Assembly (NCBI RefSeq): GCF_004010195.1
Contig: NC_057719.1
Span: forward strand, 48,038,119 to 48,102,118
Length of the DNA stretch: 64,000 bases
Source: Chiloscyllium plagiosum
Lineage: Eukaryota
Reading direction: 5' to 3'
The notes under the pieces were generated by a model. The model did no database searches. It saw only the letters and a list, made by a program, of their open reading frames with translations, and was not told the DNA's origin. The position numbers and the translations under genes are program-made. Each line of letters opens with the position of its first letter. Within the stretch, counting starts at the first letter, position 1. Below are positions 63,455-64,000 of the stretch, piece by piece.

Positions 63455-64000
63455 TATTTCAAATTGTGCTAATTTAAAAAAAAACGTTTTGAGTGAGTAA
63501 ATGGTTTATTTTGTGTTGGTAAAACAATAGTTTGTAAAGATCAGTGTGATGTATTCACTCTTCTTTGGAAAAGATCTCTCAGACGACTGACCCTTTGAGA
63601 AAGGAAATCTCCTAGGCTTGTGATTGGATGGAGGACCCCTTTTTGATTATTAAAGAAACCGTGGTCTCTTTTGAAAGGGTTCAACTCCTATGATCCTGTA
63701 TGTTGCAATAAAATCACTTTTTCATTGTTTCAAATGGTGCTGGTAGCAGGATTCACCTGTTATCCAAGGAATCAGCTGAGTGAAGCTTGTCTGCACTCAT
63801 AATTGTTGTTAAGCAAGGCCAAAACTGTACACTACTCCATATGTGATTCTTGCAATGCTTCATGTAACTCTGAGCAAGCATTTGCTGCTTTGTAATTCCC
63901 CTTGCAGAAAAAAGCTAAAATTCCAGTTGACTTGCGAATTGCTTGCTGAATGTGCTTGCTTGCTTTTGTGATTTATGCATCAGAGCAAGCAGATTCTTAT

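Noticed and set aside
61613..64000. Expected next 38-nt KTN1 exon
   Set aside because: No AG/GT-bounded, stop-free candidate with the expected peptide was found. It is probably beyond the window.
1..64000. CRISPR array, rRNA, true tRNA genes or prokaryotic systems
   Set aside because: None seen. The tRNA-like A/B boxes all belong to SINE heads.

Overview
Vertebrate genomic DNA, almost certainly a shark (inferred from HE1-type SINEs, abundant CR1/HER1-type LINEs and Penelope-like elements). The whole window lies inside the kinectin gene (KTN1) on the + strand. Seventeen GT-AG coding exons between 4457 and 61612 splice in consistent phase into a stop-free 756-codon N-terminal part: signal-anchor TM helix, basic region, then coiled coil. 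Exon 1 lies upstream and the 3' exons lie downstream of the window. Exon numbers below count the first coding exon as E2, following the human gene as recalled. The introns are packed with retroelements: CR1/L2-group LINEs, an internally deleted L1, SINEs, solo LTRs, and Penelope-like elements (PLEs) that carry minimal hammerhead-ribozyme motifs. Most notable: (1) a candidate in-frame 114-nt cassette exon in intron 2, with an upstream partial duplicate that would act as a poison exon; (2) a 69/38/91-nt exon-triplet repeat that builds the coiled coil, apparently one unit shorter than in human; (3) several families of PLE hammerheads, two inside long inverted repeats; (4) a tRNA-headed SINE built from both ends of a LINE that is also in the window. 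There are two assembly gaps (10752-10785, 29950-30371). No database searches were run; family names come from recalled motifs.
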